This document shows positions 41,963-52,637 of a DNA stretch of 64,000 nt, in pieces (the first letter of the stretch is position 1; each line of letters begins with the position of its first letter). The translations under genes and the position numbers were made by a program. The DNA lies in IMG/VR virus record IMGVR_UViG_3300044731_002337, positions 62,001 to 126,000 of that record; one strand, given 5' to 3'. The notes under the pieces are model-generated. The model ran no database searches. It was given only the letters and a program-made list of their open reading frames with translations, and was not told the origin of the DNA.

Positions 41963-43453
41963 ATGAATGTGATTCCAGTAACACGTTTAGGAGCTCAAAT
42001 TCAATTGATGAAGGGTTATCCAGAGTTGATTGATCAGGATATTACGTATCGTGAATGGTGTCGACAGTATCATCGTATTGTAGAAGGAATAGTAGAGCAT
42101 GATCAAGATTTACCTAAAGTTAGATTACCTTATACGGAACGAACCAAGGAGGAACATTTTCAGGTCATTCGGCAGGTCATAGGCGATTATAGGTTAGAAC
42201 AGGTCCAAGCAGATGATGAGTTACTACTACGGAGTACATTGAGGGCAGCAGAGAATCGATCTAAAAAAACACAAAGTAATTGGTTGTATGATGTCGCATG
42301 GTATATATTGTATTTATTTTTAACGCAATATGGGATACGTTGGGAGCATTATTTCAAGGTACGTGAAAGGGCAAGGATATTGAATACTGAAGATAAGTAT
42401 CATCAAAATGCATTTAGGGCTTTATTATTTTATGATCCCAAGCCTTTATTGAAATTACGCCATGAGTTGGTAGCTGGATTACGGCGAATGCAACCTTTTA
42501 TGAATTTCTTGATTCGTCAATGTTTAATTCGAGAATGGAAACATACGTATACGGCAACTGATCGAAGAGCTCGTAATTATAATGATTATCATCGTATCTT
42601 GAATGGATTTACTTCAGATGTATTAGTGTATTGGTTAGATTTAGCTATGCGAATTGTAAATGTTCCTTGGAGTACAGGTCAGTTACAGGATTTAGTATTA
42701 TTTGAACCAAGTGGGATTGATGAAGTGCCTGCTCATGTACCTTGTATGTATATGAAATCAAGTCAAGATGGGGAGGAAATGCCACAATTTTTTCGTGAGT
42801 GGCAGGTCAAGTCTAAAGTGGAAAGGGAAAGTTATTTAGGGGAGCGAGTACGATATTCCTTAGGGTATACCATATCATTCTACATGTGGTTTTATTGGGA
42901 GTATGGATATCAAGCAGAAAGTCGACCTTATCGAGCCTATGTTCGAGAAGCAAGAGGAAAGTTTGTATTACAAGCTATTGACGAACGAAAAGATGAAGAA
43001 GAAGGACCTATCAAATTTTTAATGGGAGATCGAAATAAACGAATAACATCAAAGCAAAGGGAATTTATTCGTAATCATATGGGGTTATCAGCTGACTCAT
43101 TACACTACTTTGAAGCCCATAATCATTATTTATGTTTATTTTTGCAATATGTAGCCATGGCAGGTCATTTTTGGAGGATTGATCCGAATTCCACTAAGAT
43201 GCATGCATGGGTGGAGATGAATGATATGACGCTGGCAATTGATAATGAATTCTATACCTTTTGGCAAGTCCATTATAAACAAATGAGAGGCATGGAGGTA
43301 ATGAAAAGTGCATTACAAACTGCAAATGAGTATCGATTAGAATTGAATGATGTAGAGAAGAGAAGGGAATGGATTGATTTAGCACCTATCCCCAGAGAAT
43401 TAATAAATCTTGCGAGGGATGACATGAATGAGTTCACACCCTTTATGAATTGA
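41963..43453 (+). CDS. Hypothetical protein (Trp/Tyr-rich)
   Basis: 496-aa ORF; no family recognised. Confidence 0.7.
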   Translation: MNVIPVTRLGAQIQLMKGYPELIDQDITYREWCRQYHRIVEGIVEHDQDLPKVRLPYTERTKEEHFQVIRQVIGDYRLEQVQADDELLLRSTLRAAENRSKKTQSNWLYDVAWYILYLFLTQYGIRWEHYFKVRERARILNTEDKYHQNAFRALLFYDPKPLLKLRHELVAGLRRMQPFMNFLIRQCLIREWKHTYTATDRRARNYNDYHRILNGFTSDVLVYWLDLAMRIVNVPWSTGQLQDLVLFEPSGIDEVPAHVPCMYMKSSQDGEEMPQFFREWQVKSKVERESYLGERVRYSLGYTISFYMWFYWEYGYQAESRPYRAYVREARGKFVLQAIDERKDEEEGPIKFLMGDRNKRITSKQREFIRNHMGLSADSLHYFEAHNHYLCLFLQYVAMAGHFWRIDPNSTKMHAWVEMNDMTLAIDNEFYTFWQVHYKQMRGMEVMKSALQTANEYRLELNDVEKRREWIDLAPIPRELINLARDDMNEFTPFMN

Positions 43454-43488
43454 AGAAAAAAAAATAAATGGTAAGTAGATAAAAAAAA

Positions 43489-43968
43489 ATGCAGAATGCA
43501 GAAGAACGTTTGAATGAGGTTGTGAAACAGGTTGAATTTTGTAATAATATGACTATCGTATTATGTATCAGTTTTTACATGGTCATCTTAGCTGCATTAC
43601 TATGTAGTTATATCTTTATTCGTAGTCGTATGGATGATTTTGCTCGACGTCTTATGGTTCCTCCAAGTGTTACTGTTCACACTCCTCAAAACATCGAACT
43701 GGAACGTTTACTCGCAAAACTAATTGAACGATTACCTTTACCATCAAAGGAAGTTGTTGTTGCTCCAGCTCCGGCTCCGGCTCCAGAAGTTTCAGTAGCA
43801 GCAGAAGTTCCAGCAGCGGCACCAGCAGCGGCACCAGCAGTTGTTGTGTCATCGCCGCCAGTGGAGGTTACACCAGTCGAAGTAGAAGAAGTAACCATTG
43901 TTTCTGAGGTGACTAATGCGCCTACACCAGCTAAAATGGAAGGATTATCTAGACGAAACCGAAAATAA
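43489..43968 (+). CDS. Single-TM protein with Pro/Ala/Glu linker
   Basis: TM segment IVLCISFYMVILAALLCSYIFI; APAPAP and PAAAPAAAP repeats. Confidence 0.65.
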   Translation: MQNAEERLNEVVKQVEFCNNMTIVLCISFYMVILAALLCSYIFIRSRMDDFARRLMVPPSVTVHTPQNIELERLLAKLIERLPLPSKEVVVAPAPAPAPEVSVAAEVPAAAPAAAPAVVVSSPPVEVTPVEVEEVTIVSEVTNAPTPAKMEGLSRRNRK

Positions 43969-44016
43969 AATGTATTATTATGATTTGAAAAAAAAAGGGT
44001 TGTGAAAAGAAAAGAA

Positions 44017-45183
44017 ATGTCGAAAAAGGGTATTATTCACCATATGATTAATTTAGATCATAATGCCACAACGAATGTATATAAGGATGTAGTGAAATAT
44101 ATGCACAAATTATATTTAGATCAGTCTTTGGGTAATCCATCGAGTCGCCATTGTATGGGTGGACATAGTCGAAAGTTGTTAGAAGATGCACGTGAAATAG
44201 TTGCCAAGTGTTTAGGGGTTTCTCCATCCTATGTCATATTCACTTCTGGTGCAACTGAGTCGATTAATATGTTTATCTTGGGAAGAGCTAGACTTATTAC
44301 TCCAGATCAGCGGGTACGATTTGTGACCAGTAATGCAGAACATCCAGCAGTGACGAATACATTCAATTACATTCAACGTACGATGCATCCGCAGATTGAG
44401 GTGTGTATATTGCCGACCAAAATGGGATTAATGCAGCTGGAGGATGTTAGACAAGTGTTGGGGATGAAAGATCGAAAGGTAGAGTTGGTGAGTGTAAGTT
44501 ATGTGAACCATGAGTTGGGAAGTGTATTGACACGTTTGAGAGATATTTCTCGTATGTGTCATGAAGTTGGAGCGCTAGTACATTCGGATATGACGCAAGC
44601 GATAGGTAAAATGGAGGTTCGATTAGGTGAATTAGAAGTAGATGCTGTATCGTTTTCGGGTCATAAGTTTCATGGTCCAATGGGAGTAGGATGTTTGGTG
44701 ATGCGACCTGAAATCAAATTGGAGCAACTGATGTTTGGAGGTGATCAAGAGAATAAGAGGAGACCAGGAACAGAAAACTTGGTGGGCATTTGTGGTATGG
44801 TTACTGCCTTACAAAAGAGCCTACATGATTATCCAATACATCGTCAAAAGTATATTTATTTTCATCAATTGTTATTTGAATCGTTAGCTTCCTCCTCCGT
44901 TCCATTTCGCATTAATGCATGCCCGGATAAAATTGCTACCACCATTAGTATTAGCATTGGACATGTTGAAGCCAGTAAACTAGTAGAATTTCTGAACCAA
45001 AAGCAAATTTGTGTTAGTCGTGGAACAGCGTGCAAGGCGTATAGTACTGGTGGATCCAATGTCATTAAAAGTTTAGAGCTACCACCAGAGTATGCTAATG
45101 GTACTATTCGAATTTCATTAGGAGAAAATACAAGTGAACAGGACATCATAGCATTAGTGCAAGGTATTAAGGAGTTTTATTAA
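44017..45183 (+). CDS. nifS: NifS/IscS-type cysteine desulfurase (PLP, class V)
   Basis: LDHNATT, IFTSGATES, EHPAV, HSDMTQAIGK, SFSGHKFHGP (PLP Lys), GGDQE..RPGTEN, VSRGTAC (catalytic Cys), IRISLG. Confidence 0.95.
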   Translation: MSKKGIIHHMINLDHNATTNVYKDVVKYMHKLYLDQSLGNPSSRHCMGGHSRKLLEDAREIVAKCLGVSPSYVIFTSGATESINMFILGRARLITPDQRVRFVTSNAEHPAVTNTFNYIQRTMHPQIEVCILPTKMGLMQLEDVRQVLGMKDRKVELVSVSYVNHELGSVLTRLRDISRMCHEVGALVHSDMTQAIGKMEVRLGELEVDAVSFSGHKFHGPMGVGCLVMRPEIKLEQLMFGGDQENKRRPGTENLVGICGMVTALQKSLHDYPIHRQKYIYFHQLLFESLASSSVPFRINACPDKIATTISISIGHVEASKLVEFLNQKQICVSRGTACKAYSTGGSNVIKSLELPPEYANGTIRISLGENTSEQDIIALVQGIKEFY

Positions 45184-45185
45184 CG

Positions 45186-45974
45186 TCACCATCTATTTCC
45201 GTATCCATAATCATTATAACCTCGCAATGCACGTGTAGCGTTTCGAGAAATAAAACCTCCTAAACCATTGAATAATCCATTGTCTTTTTCACGACCTTTC
45301 TTGGTGAAGCGTTTGATTCGACCACCATTATTGTGACGAATCAGTTCGATAATATCTGATTTCATTCCGGGGTCAAGTCGAGATTGATTAACGGCATGTA
45401 TTTGTTGGAAGGGGTGATAAAGTTTTGCGACGATGATACCAAAGATTGTATCCTTATTCTTGAGCGCGGCTGGTAATTGGTTCAATTCATTGGCAATCTT
45501 TTCTACCATTTCATCACTTGATCGAATGTTGTTACGATTGTATTGATCAATGCTATCTCCAAATCGTGTAGTATAAAATATAATGAGACAAGAGGCAAGG
45601 CTACCAATGATCCACATAGCCCATACTTGTTCCTTTTCTTTGGCTGTGAATGGCACGGTATTATCATTGTCGGCACGTGTGGTGGGCGCCCGCTGAACAT
45701 ATCCTCCTGCTACACCCAATAGGATGACAATAACACCAATACAAAAGACATAGATGTAGTTTCTGGATTCGCTGAAATCATCACGGTCGCTCTTTGAGAC
45801 CATAATAGCTAATCCAAGGAAGGTGATGGCGAATAAGATACTGAAAAAGAAAAAAGTACCAGAGGAACTAGAATTTTCAATAATGGCGACAAGGCCAAAG
45901 ATGAGAATATAAACACCCATGCATGCAGCAAAGCGAGAAAATGGTTTAGCGAATAAATCACCAAATCCACCCAT
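45186..45974 (-). CDS. Multi-pass membrane protein
   Basis: Four hydrophobic helices in the N-terminal half. Confidence 0.7.
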   Translation of the reverse strand: MGGFGDLFAKPFSRFAACMGVYILIFGLVAIIENSSSSGTFFFFSILFAITFLGLAIMVSKSDRDDFSESRNYIYVFCIGVIVILLGVAGGYVQRAPTTRADNDNTVPFTAKEKEQVWAMWIIGSLASCLIIFYTTRFGDSIDQYNRNNIRSSDEMVEKIANELNQLPAALKNKDTIFGIIVAKLYHPFQQIHAVNQSRLDPGMKSDIIELIRHNNGGRIKRFTKKGREKDNGLFNGLGGFISRNATRALRGYNDYGYGNRW

Positions 45975-46042
45975 GACCTTTTTTTTTTTCTTTTAGTTCT
46001 TTTAGTTTTTTTGTCTTATAGTTTCCATTTGTAATTTTTTTT

Positions 46043-46870
46043 CTATCCCATTGTGAGCCAATTTGCATTGTAGATGCCATCCGTCTTGGACTTGAAATTA
46101 TCAGCAATGGTCTTATTAATCTTCACTTTCACATCACTTGCATCCAAAATACCTTGTCCAGCTTGACTAGTACATCGTTCAATGACGCGTGTATTTTCAG
46201 CCCAGGCTAATTGCCAAGTACAATAAAGAGCGAACACTAACTCATACAATAACACCAATATTATGCCTGACGTATTGGATTGCTTATTGGCCCCATGAAG
46301 GCGTAATATAGTACCTAACACAGCTATGGAACCAACATAAGATCCAGCTCGATACATCCGCGTCTCCCATTTTTGATCTTTTTTAATCATCTTTTCTAAC
46401 GCCCTCCAATCTGACTCATCCATCACTGTTGGATGGTTATGCAAGAGTCTTGAAAAGTCTCGCCATTCACGATAATGGAGCTTCATCAACCAACGACCTG
46501 TAAAGAACCATTTTACCCGATCCCATTTACTAGTATAAGCCTTTTTTTCCTCTCGAATTCCTCCATGTGCTTCCCATTTCTTTTCCAACAGTTTGTTTCG
46601 AATCTCGCTTCGTTTCCACCATTGATAAAGACTTGCGATAATAAGAAGTATGCCAATGATCATAAATACAGCCATAGTATCGACGGGTTTAAAATTGGAT
46701 GAGAAACACCAGATTGATACGGCAACAAAAAGAATACCATACGAAAACATATAATATTGTTCATCACTCATAAAGGTTCTAGCTTTGGAGTAGATATATT
46801 GCATCTCATCACTATCAATATCAACTGATGATGTCGATTTGGACATGTCTTTCTCTGTTTTTTTTCTCAT
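46043..46870 (-). CDS. Multi-pass membrane protein
   Basis: Two pairs of hydrophobic helices separated by a charged loop. Confidence 0.7.
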   Translation of the reverse strand: MRKKTEKDMSKSTSSVDIDSDEMQYIYSKARTFMSDEQYYMFSYGILFVAVSIWCFSSNFKPVDTMAVFMIIGILLIIASLYQWWKRSEIRNKLLEKKWEAHGGIREEKKAYTSKWDRVKWFFTGRWLMKLHYREWRDFSRLLHNHPTVMDESDWRALEKMIKKDQKWETRMYRAGSYVGSIAVLGTILRLHGANKQSNTSGIILVLLYELVFALYCTWQLAWAENTRVIERCTSQAGQGILDASDVKVKINKTIADNFKSKTDGIYNANWLTMG

Positions 46871-46968
46871 AAGGTTATCATTTTATTTTGGGTTACAACA
46901 AGGAAATCCTTTTTTTTTTTCGATTGATAAATGTTCCGATAGAGGGAATAGCTTTAGTCGATTTGGAA

Positions 46969-47937
46969 ATGTCGAAAAAGCGGGCTCGAAGTGAGTTGCC
47001 ATTAGCGGAACATGATTCGACCAAGTTGATTGAGGATACATTGGCGGCCATTGATAAGGCGAATCCAGAAATGTCTGTGCGTTTGAATAGTCTATCCATG
47101 TGGAATACAGTGTTGAAAATCATGACCAAAGCAAGTCCTCAATCCGTGTTTTTCCAATTTACCAAGGATGGTTTAACCATGATTGCATCAAGTAGTAGTT
47201 CCAATACGTGTATTTCCCATTGGAATAAGGATATGTTCCATGTGTACAAGATTACTGAAGAGTTTGCCTTTACAGTGACATCTAAAGAACTAGGTGATTT
47301 TCAAAAGACGATTCCGGTATAATGCATTTATTGTTGTATTGTGTTATTTATGGTGTAAAAATAGACAAGTGGAGGTGAATTGATTATTTCCACGTTGGGT
47401 CATGGTGAGATGGCGGACGATGCTCAAGCGTTTATCATGACGGTGATATCAAGACTTGGACCAGATTATCCAGCAGAAATTGTTGCGCATCGATTGAGTG
47501 TGGGTGATGCAGCTGAATTTGTGATGCCCAAGAATATTGAGTTGTACAATTCATCACCATTGGAAGTCTCTGTGAGTGCCGACTTGTTTAGTGGGACCAT
47601 TACCAAATTATGCCGTGGACATACAGTGGACAAATTGGTGATTCGAATCAATCAAAGTGTCATGTACTTTGAGACCTATAGTGAAGCCAAGACTAAGCCG
47701 GATGCAGTGAGTCAACATCAAATTCAATCTCAAGCCTCCTATCGTGGCGTCTTTCTTCCCGAAACAGTGATGAATGCGGCGAAGAAGGGAATCAATACGC
47801 ATGTTCATCTCAAGTGGATTCAAGACAAGGAGAAGCAAAGTTCTGTACTCACTCTAACTTATGATCTAAGTCCTAGAGAACATGAAATCAATTCACACAT
47901 TAGCTTTTATATTGCCGAAAAAATTGAAGTTGATTAA
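46969..47937 (+). CDS. Divergent PCNA/sliding-clamp-like protein, 2 exons (46969..47316, 47365..47937), about 306 aa
   Basis: A 48-nt phase-0 intron (47317..47364, GTATAA..AAATAG) fuses two ORFs. FQFTKDGLTMIA..F..Y..F.V pattern. C-terminal ISFYIAEKIEVD mirrors PCNA YYLAPKIE. Confidence 0.6.
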
Positions 47938-47974
47938 AAACCAATTGATTATGTACCTGAATTGACTTATGCAT

Positions 47975-49648
47975 TCACGGCTGTCCAACCATAAACAAAT
48001 TTGAACCTCCTGCTGTTGTTGTAGGTTTGGAAGCACGTAATGGAGTCGTCGGTTCTGGTGTATCTCTTGTACCTCTTCGCCTTCGATCTAAAGCCGTTTC
48101 AAGCTCGGTAGGTTCCTCTGTAATTGTTAATGGTTGTCGGGTGGGTGTACCAACACGGGTCAGATTCCCTCGCATATTTGTTTCTGGATAGACGTGTTTT
48201 TCCAATTCCCCATTGTTGTCTTGATAATTTTGCCCTTTTCGTGTTCTTTTAGGTTTACCATTAGGTTGTTCTGTTGGTTGTGGTCCATGATTTAGTTTGT
48301 GTAGGCAATCTTGATCATGTTTGTCAAGGTATACGGTGGCACATTCACCTGGTCCGAGATAGATGGGTTTCATAAAGAGTTTGAGAAGTTTACCGGGTTC
48401 ACCACTGAGACATGCATTGCGGTAATAATATTTAGGATTTCTTTCCATCACTAACGCACCAATGTGCATGAAAATCACAAAAAGGTTAATGGCGAGAACA
48501 ATAAATGCACCTGCACTTTCACCTGTAAGGGTTGAAGTACTTGATGATACAGCTACTGGGTCTGTATTATTTTTTACTTCTGGTTTAACTACTACAGGGG
48601 GGGGATCAGGTTTATTTGGGTCTCTTGGGTCTTTTGGGTCGTTTGGGTCGCCAGGTACTTCTGTGTGTATATCCTTGATGATATTAGCTTGTTCGGTGCT
48701 GAAGAAGTATCGAACATCATCACCGGACATGTCCATATTATTATAGGGTTCTTTATTGACTTCATCTGATCTCACAAGAGTAGGGTCGCCACTGAAATAT
48801 AAGATTTGCTTAGAGTTGTTATTAAAATTACTTCGGCTAGCATTGTATCGATCGACGTGAATGTTAGGGTACTTGTTTGGACCAGTTGGACCGAAATAAG
48901 GGCCTACACCACATGCTGTACCAAGTGCAAAGACTAGAGAACCGCCTTTACGATATTGTTTATACCATGGAACACGATCAAAGACAGATAAGTCTGATAT
49001 CCACGTATTAGGATTTGTATGATCACCAATAGTCCAAGGTGAGATGGCTACAAAAGTATACAAATGTCCTTGATATGATATTCCTTGATAAGCTAGTGGC
49101 ACAGGTAATCCAAATTGATCAGTCAAGTTAACAATAAATACCACAAACTTACCCCGCAATGCTTTATCGCGTATGATAAAATAGTCCTTCTCTGGGGTTG
49201 CAGCAAATTCAGGGTGTTGTTGAGTATATAATTGCAATAACTTGTCTAGGGCAGTATTAGCTAGGTAGGATGCAGGAACGGATGCACCAGCATTTGTAAT
49301 GTCTGTCTTATTCTTGCGTAATGGAGCTGTGATTTTAATAAAGCTTTTTTTGGTGTAATCATCAGTAGTCGCGACATCAGATACAGTGAGAATGGGGTAG
49401 TTGGAGGTAAGTGTTTCTTTGGTTTTGAAACTTTGAAATGTATTGTTGGAGGAGGCTGCATTAGTTCCACCAACAGGTCTGAGTGTGCCAGCGAATGCAG
49501 AGTTGAGTCGTTGTAGGTTGGCATTTAATTGGGCGGCTATAGAACCTAATCTTGTACCGGTTTGATCAAGGGCTGAGGCGGGTATATCTAGATTTGTTGT
49601 GGTGGTGCTGACCCAAACAAATTGTATCCAACTGTCAGTCTGGCTCAT
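47975..49648 (-). CDS. Probable virion or membrane protein with one TM and Pro-rich linker
   Basis: TM segment AGAFIVLAINLFVIFMHIGALV; DPNDPKDP linker; Thr/Asn-rich ectodomain. Confidence 0.65.
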   Translation of the reverse strand: MSQTDSWIQFVWVSTTTTNLDIPASALDQTGTRLGSIAAQLNANLQRLNSAFAGTLRPVGGTNAASSNNTFQSFKTKETLTSNYPILTVSDVATTDDYTKKSFIKITAPLRKNKTDITNAGASVPASYLANTALDKLLQLYTQQHPEFAATPEKDYFIIRDKALRGKFVVFIVNLTDQFGLPVPLAYQGISYQGHLYTFVAISPWTIGDHTNPNTWISDLSVFDRVPWYKQYRKGGSLVFALGTACGVGPYFGPTGPNKYPNIHVDRYNASRSNFNNNSKQILYFSGDPTLVRSDEVNKEPYNNMDMSGDDVRYFFSTEQANIIKDIHTEVPGDPNDPKDPRDPNKPDPPPVVVKPEVKNNTDPVAVSSSTSTLTGESAGAFIVLAINLFVIFMHIGALVMERNPKYYYRNACLSGEPGKLLKLFMKPIYLGPGECATVYLDKHDQDCLHKLNHGPQPTEQPNGKPKRTRKGQNYQDNNGELEKHVYPETNMRGNLTRVGTPTRQPLTITEEPTELETALDRRRRGTRDTPEPTTPLRASKPTTTAGGSNLFMVGQP

Positions 49649-49679
49649 TTTTTTATTAGGAGAATTGAAAAAAAAAATA

Positions 49680-50483
49680 ATGGAGATTAAAAAGGATGTA
49701 GGACCAGATAGTTACCATGTCATGGATATTTATAATGATTCACCCGATGCAATCAATACCATAATCATGGTTCATGGTGGTGGATGGCATTTCCAATCTA
49801 AATCATCTATGGTGGGAATAGCTCATGTCTTTGCTGAACAGAACTATCGTGTTGTCTGTGTATCTTACCCTTTACTCTCCTTTTCATGTGTTCAACTCTT
49901 ATGTATTTTGGCCATTTTAACTTTATTATTAGTATGGTTGTGTATTGAATCAGAACTCTTGTGGATTTGGGTAATATTCTTGGGTGTGATTAGTGATTAT
50001 CATGCTCATCATCCCTGGTTAACGGTGCGTGATCAAGTCGAGGCCATCAAGGTGCAGATTCAGTGGTTGCAATTGAAGAAAAAGTGTATTTTTTTAGGGT
50101 ATAGTTGTGGGGCACATTTAGCGACTATGGTAGCCATTCATACGCATCAGGTAGTGGAAAGTTGTGTGTTGATATCAGGAGTATATGATCGAAAAGTATT
50201 ATGTGAGATATGGGGTGGAAGACAGTTATGTTATGCTGGGGTGGATGAATTCCCTACTGACTATGCTACTCCTACAAAAGATATACGTTTTTTATTTCTA
50301 AATGCCTCGATTGATTTAAATTTGAAGAAACAAACCCATGTATATTATCATAAGCTAAAAGATGCGGGGTTGTATGTTAGGGCAAGAGTAATACCGCATA
50401 CGAATCATTGGACAGTTCATCGTCAATGGGGTGTTAGCCGTGCATGGGTTCGCGATTATGTATTGGATTTTATAAAAGGGTAA
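49680..50483 (+). CDS. Alpha/beta-hydrolase (HGGG esterase/lipase family) with internal TM hairpin
   Basis: HGGGW oxyanion motif, GYSCG nucleophile elbow, late His (HTNHW); hydrophobic insert at about aa 60-100. Confidence 0.8.
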   Translation: MEIKKDVGPDSYHVMDIYNDSPDAINTIIMVHGGGWHFQSKSSMVGIAHVFAEQNYRVVCVSYPLLSFSCVQLLCILAILTLLLVWLCIESELLWIWVIFLGVISDYHAHHPWLTVRDQVEAIKVQIQWLQLKKKCIFLGYSCGAHLATMVAIHTHQVVESCVLISGVYDRKVLCEIWGGRQLCYAGVDEFPTDYATPTKDIRFLFLNASIDLNLKKQTHVYYHKLKDAGLYVRARVIPHTNHWTVHRQWGVSRAWVRDYVLDFIKG

Positions 50484-50638
50484 GAGGGTTTTTTTGTGGT
50501 TTAACCTTCTAAACTGCCAGGAGTAATGAGAAGCCCTTGGAATTTATCAAAAAATATTGTGTATGAGCTCTGCAATGCAGAACGTATTAGAATCTTATGA
50601 ATTTGTTTATCCCATAATAACATCTGGTGGTCAGCATT

Positions 50639-50683
50639 GATGTCGACATTAGGAGAGTCTTTCAATACAACCTAAAAGGTTAA
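50639..50683 (-). repeat. 45-bp dispersed element, copy B, starting at the stop codon of the 50680..51198 gene
   Basis: Minus strand reads TTAACCTTTTAGGTTGTATTGAAAGACTCTCCTAATGTCGACATC; 40/45 identical to 15983..16027. Confidence 0.85.
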
Positions 50684-51198
50684 ACACCTCTTGCGGTAAA
50701 AAGAAAAGGTATTTCGAGAACGAGAATGCCCTTGTGTGGAGTATGGAATATGGAAGTATTGCGCCATTCATCTGGATCATTATTGGCGAGAACCCGTCGT
50801 TGTGCATGTTGGACAATGTAGGCTTCTGGAGGTAATACAACAACTGCTTGAGGTTCATCAAGGGAGATTCGTAATTGAGTGGAAATGTCATCGATGGTGG
50901 ATGCTAAGGAGGTGATGGTAGGTTGTCGTGCATCGGTTTCCAGTTCAAAGTGGAAGAAGAAATGTTTGGTGTAGGTGGGAGATTCTTTGCGGTGAGTGGA
51001 GGTCATGAACATGTCGTAAAGGATGAAGGATGAGGCTTGTGGGTATTCAGATTTCAAAGATTTTAAAAAGCTAAGTTTACAATGGTCATATTCTTGTACG
51101 AGTTCTTTGACGTTTTTGGTATGGGTATTGATTTTATCGATTTCTTCTTGGATGACTAGAGATAGATGTAAGATTCGGGCTTTAATGACGGCGGTCAT
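50680..51198 (-). CDS. Hypothetical protein
   Basis: 172-aa ORF with an N-terminal helical segment. Confidence 0.6.
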   Translation of the reverse strand: MTAVIKARILHLSLVIQEEIDKINTHTKNVKELVQEYDHCKLSFLKSLKSEYPQASSFILYDMFMTSTHRKESPTYTKHFFFHFELETDARQPTITSLASTIDDISTQLRISLDEPQAVVVLPPEAYIVQHAQRRVLANNDPDEWRNTSIFHTPHKGILVLEIPFLFTARGV

Positions 51199-52589
51199 GT
51201 TTTGTTTTTTATGTTAGGTGGCCGACTATTATGAAGAGTGAGGCTGTCGGTACCAAACGTGGAAGTATAATAGGCGGAATAAATCAAGGTGATGAAAAAG
51301 GATAATACGCATAGGAGAATTCCAATACCAATGATGATCCAGCCGATACGTGGTTTTTCACTAAACGTTTCATGAACGGTGATCTTCTTGGTAGTAACTT
51401 TTTCTATGGGTTGATTGGAGAAGTTGGTGGCAATAAACTTGGCTTTGGCTTCTTCATAGACGGATTTGGCGGAAGTGTTGAGTATATCCATTTTGGTTTT
51501 GATATCTGAGAATAAGGTGAGCATATCAAGTGGTATGGGAGAACATATCATGGTGCCTGAATTGGGGTCTATATTGTTTTGACGACAATCTGTATGTTGA
51601 CAAGTATTTTGGAGCATGGCGTTTGTCTTGTAGGCGCTAGCATTGAAGGCGCAACTATTTTTATACTTATCACTGTCAGTGGTATCCGTGGCTACGAGGT
51701 GCCCAAAGCAGAGAACGGAGATTTGGAGGTCTTGTGAGAACATGTTATCAAGGAGTAGTTGTTGGGCAAAACATTTACAGGATGCATCGGATGGGTTGAG
51801 TCGACAGAATTCGGTCATGAGTTGATCACAGGCTGAACTTTGGGGATAATAATAGTCTCGTAAATCATGATTCCCAATGAAAAGAGGTTTATTGGTGAGA
51901 CAAGTTTCACGTAATAATTGTTTGAATGGAGTGATAATTTCTACCACCCAATATTTAGTGATATGTCGAAGATTGGTATTACGACATATTTCAGCGATTT
52001 CATAATTAAAATCATCGACGCTAGGTTTGTTAGTGGTTTTTACCCATTGATCATACCAATAAGTGAATTGTAGTGCGAATCCAGTGGGTTGATTATTATT
52101 ATTTTCCTTGTAGTGAAAGAAGTAGCCTCTTGTACCGCGTAGTAGTTGATTTTGGTAGCATGTATCCACGACAAGTGTATTGGGTGAGAATACGAATTTA
52201 TTGTTGGTGGCTAGAGGTGTAGTGACGGGATTATTCTCATAGGCGGTGACTCGAACACCTGGAGGTACATAAAGGGAATGGATGATTTTTTGATATAATA
52301 CACTGGAAGAGTCATCCATGTGCATAACGTGTTGTGAAAAATTGAGGGTGGTATTCTCTCCATGTTTCACTTTAATGTTACTTTCATCATCGACAAAGGA
52401 AGGGATTTGTAAGCCGTCACTGGTGGTAGTGGTATTAAAGCCAACGCCAGCTGAACATTGGGGTTCAGTATAGAAGAGAGGTAAAGGTTGAAAGAGGGTA
52501 GAAGGATCACTAAGCGCTATAGAGTATACTTTTAAAGATTGTTGATCACATAATTGGGGATTCAATAAAGAACCTGCAGAGTAATACAT
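51195..52589 (-). CDS. A16/G9/J5-like Cys-rich membrane protein (entry-fusion-complex family)
   Basis: SACDQLMTEFCRLNPSDASCKC...C...C.....AY......C....C pattern with a C-terminal TM, as in NCLDV A16/G9/J5 homologs. Confidence 0.6.
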   Translation of the reverse strand: MYYSAGSLLNPQLCDQQSLKVYSIALSDPSTLFQPLPLFYTEPQCSAGVGFNTTTTSDGLQIPSFVDDESNIKVKHGENTTLNFSQHVMHMDDSSSVLYQKIIHSLYVPPGVRVTAYENNPVTTPLATNNKFVFSPNTLVVDTCYQNQLLRGTRGYFFHYKENNNNQPTGFALQFTYWYDQWVKTTNKPSVDDFNYEIAEICRNTNLRHITKYWVVEIITPFKQLLRETCLTNKPLFIGNHDLRDYYYPQSSACDQLMTEFCRLNPSDASCKCFAQQLLLDNMFSQDLQISVLCFGHLVATDTTDSDKYKNSCAFNASAYKTNAMLQNTCQHTDCRQNNIDPNSGTMICSPIPLDMLTLFSDIKTKMDILNTSAKSVYEEAKAKFIATNFSNQPIEKVTTKKITVHETFSEKPRIGWIIIGIGILLCVLSFFITLIYSAYYTSTFGTDSLTLHNSRPPNIKNKT

Positions 52590-52637
52590 ATTATATATAT
52601 TTTTTTCTTTTATAAAGTGAAGAATTCAAAATTTATT

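Noticed and set aside
50526-50683. The 45-bp element as the coding end of a micropeptide (DVDIRRVF..stop on the opposite strand, possibly spliced from ATG 50526)
   Set aside because: All five differences between the two copies change amino acids, and copy B needs an ad hoc intron; a non-coding role fits better.
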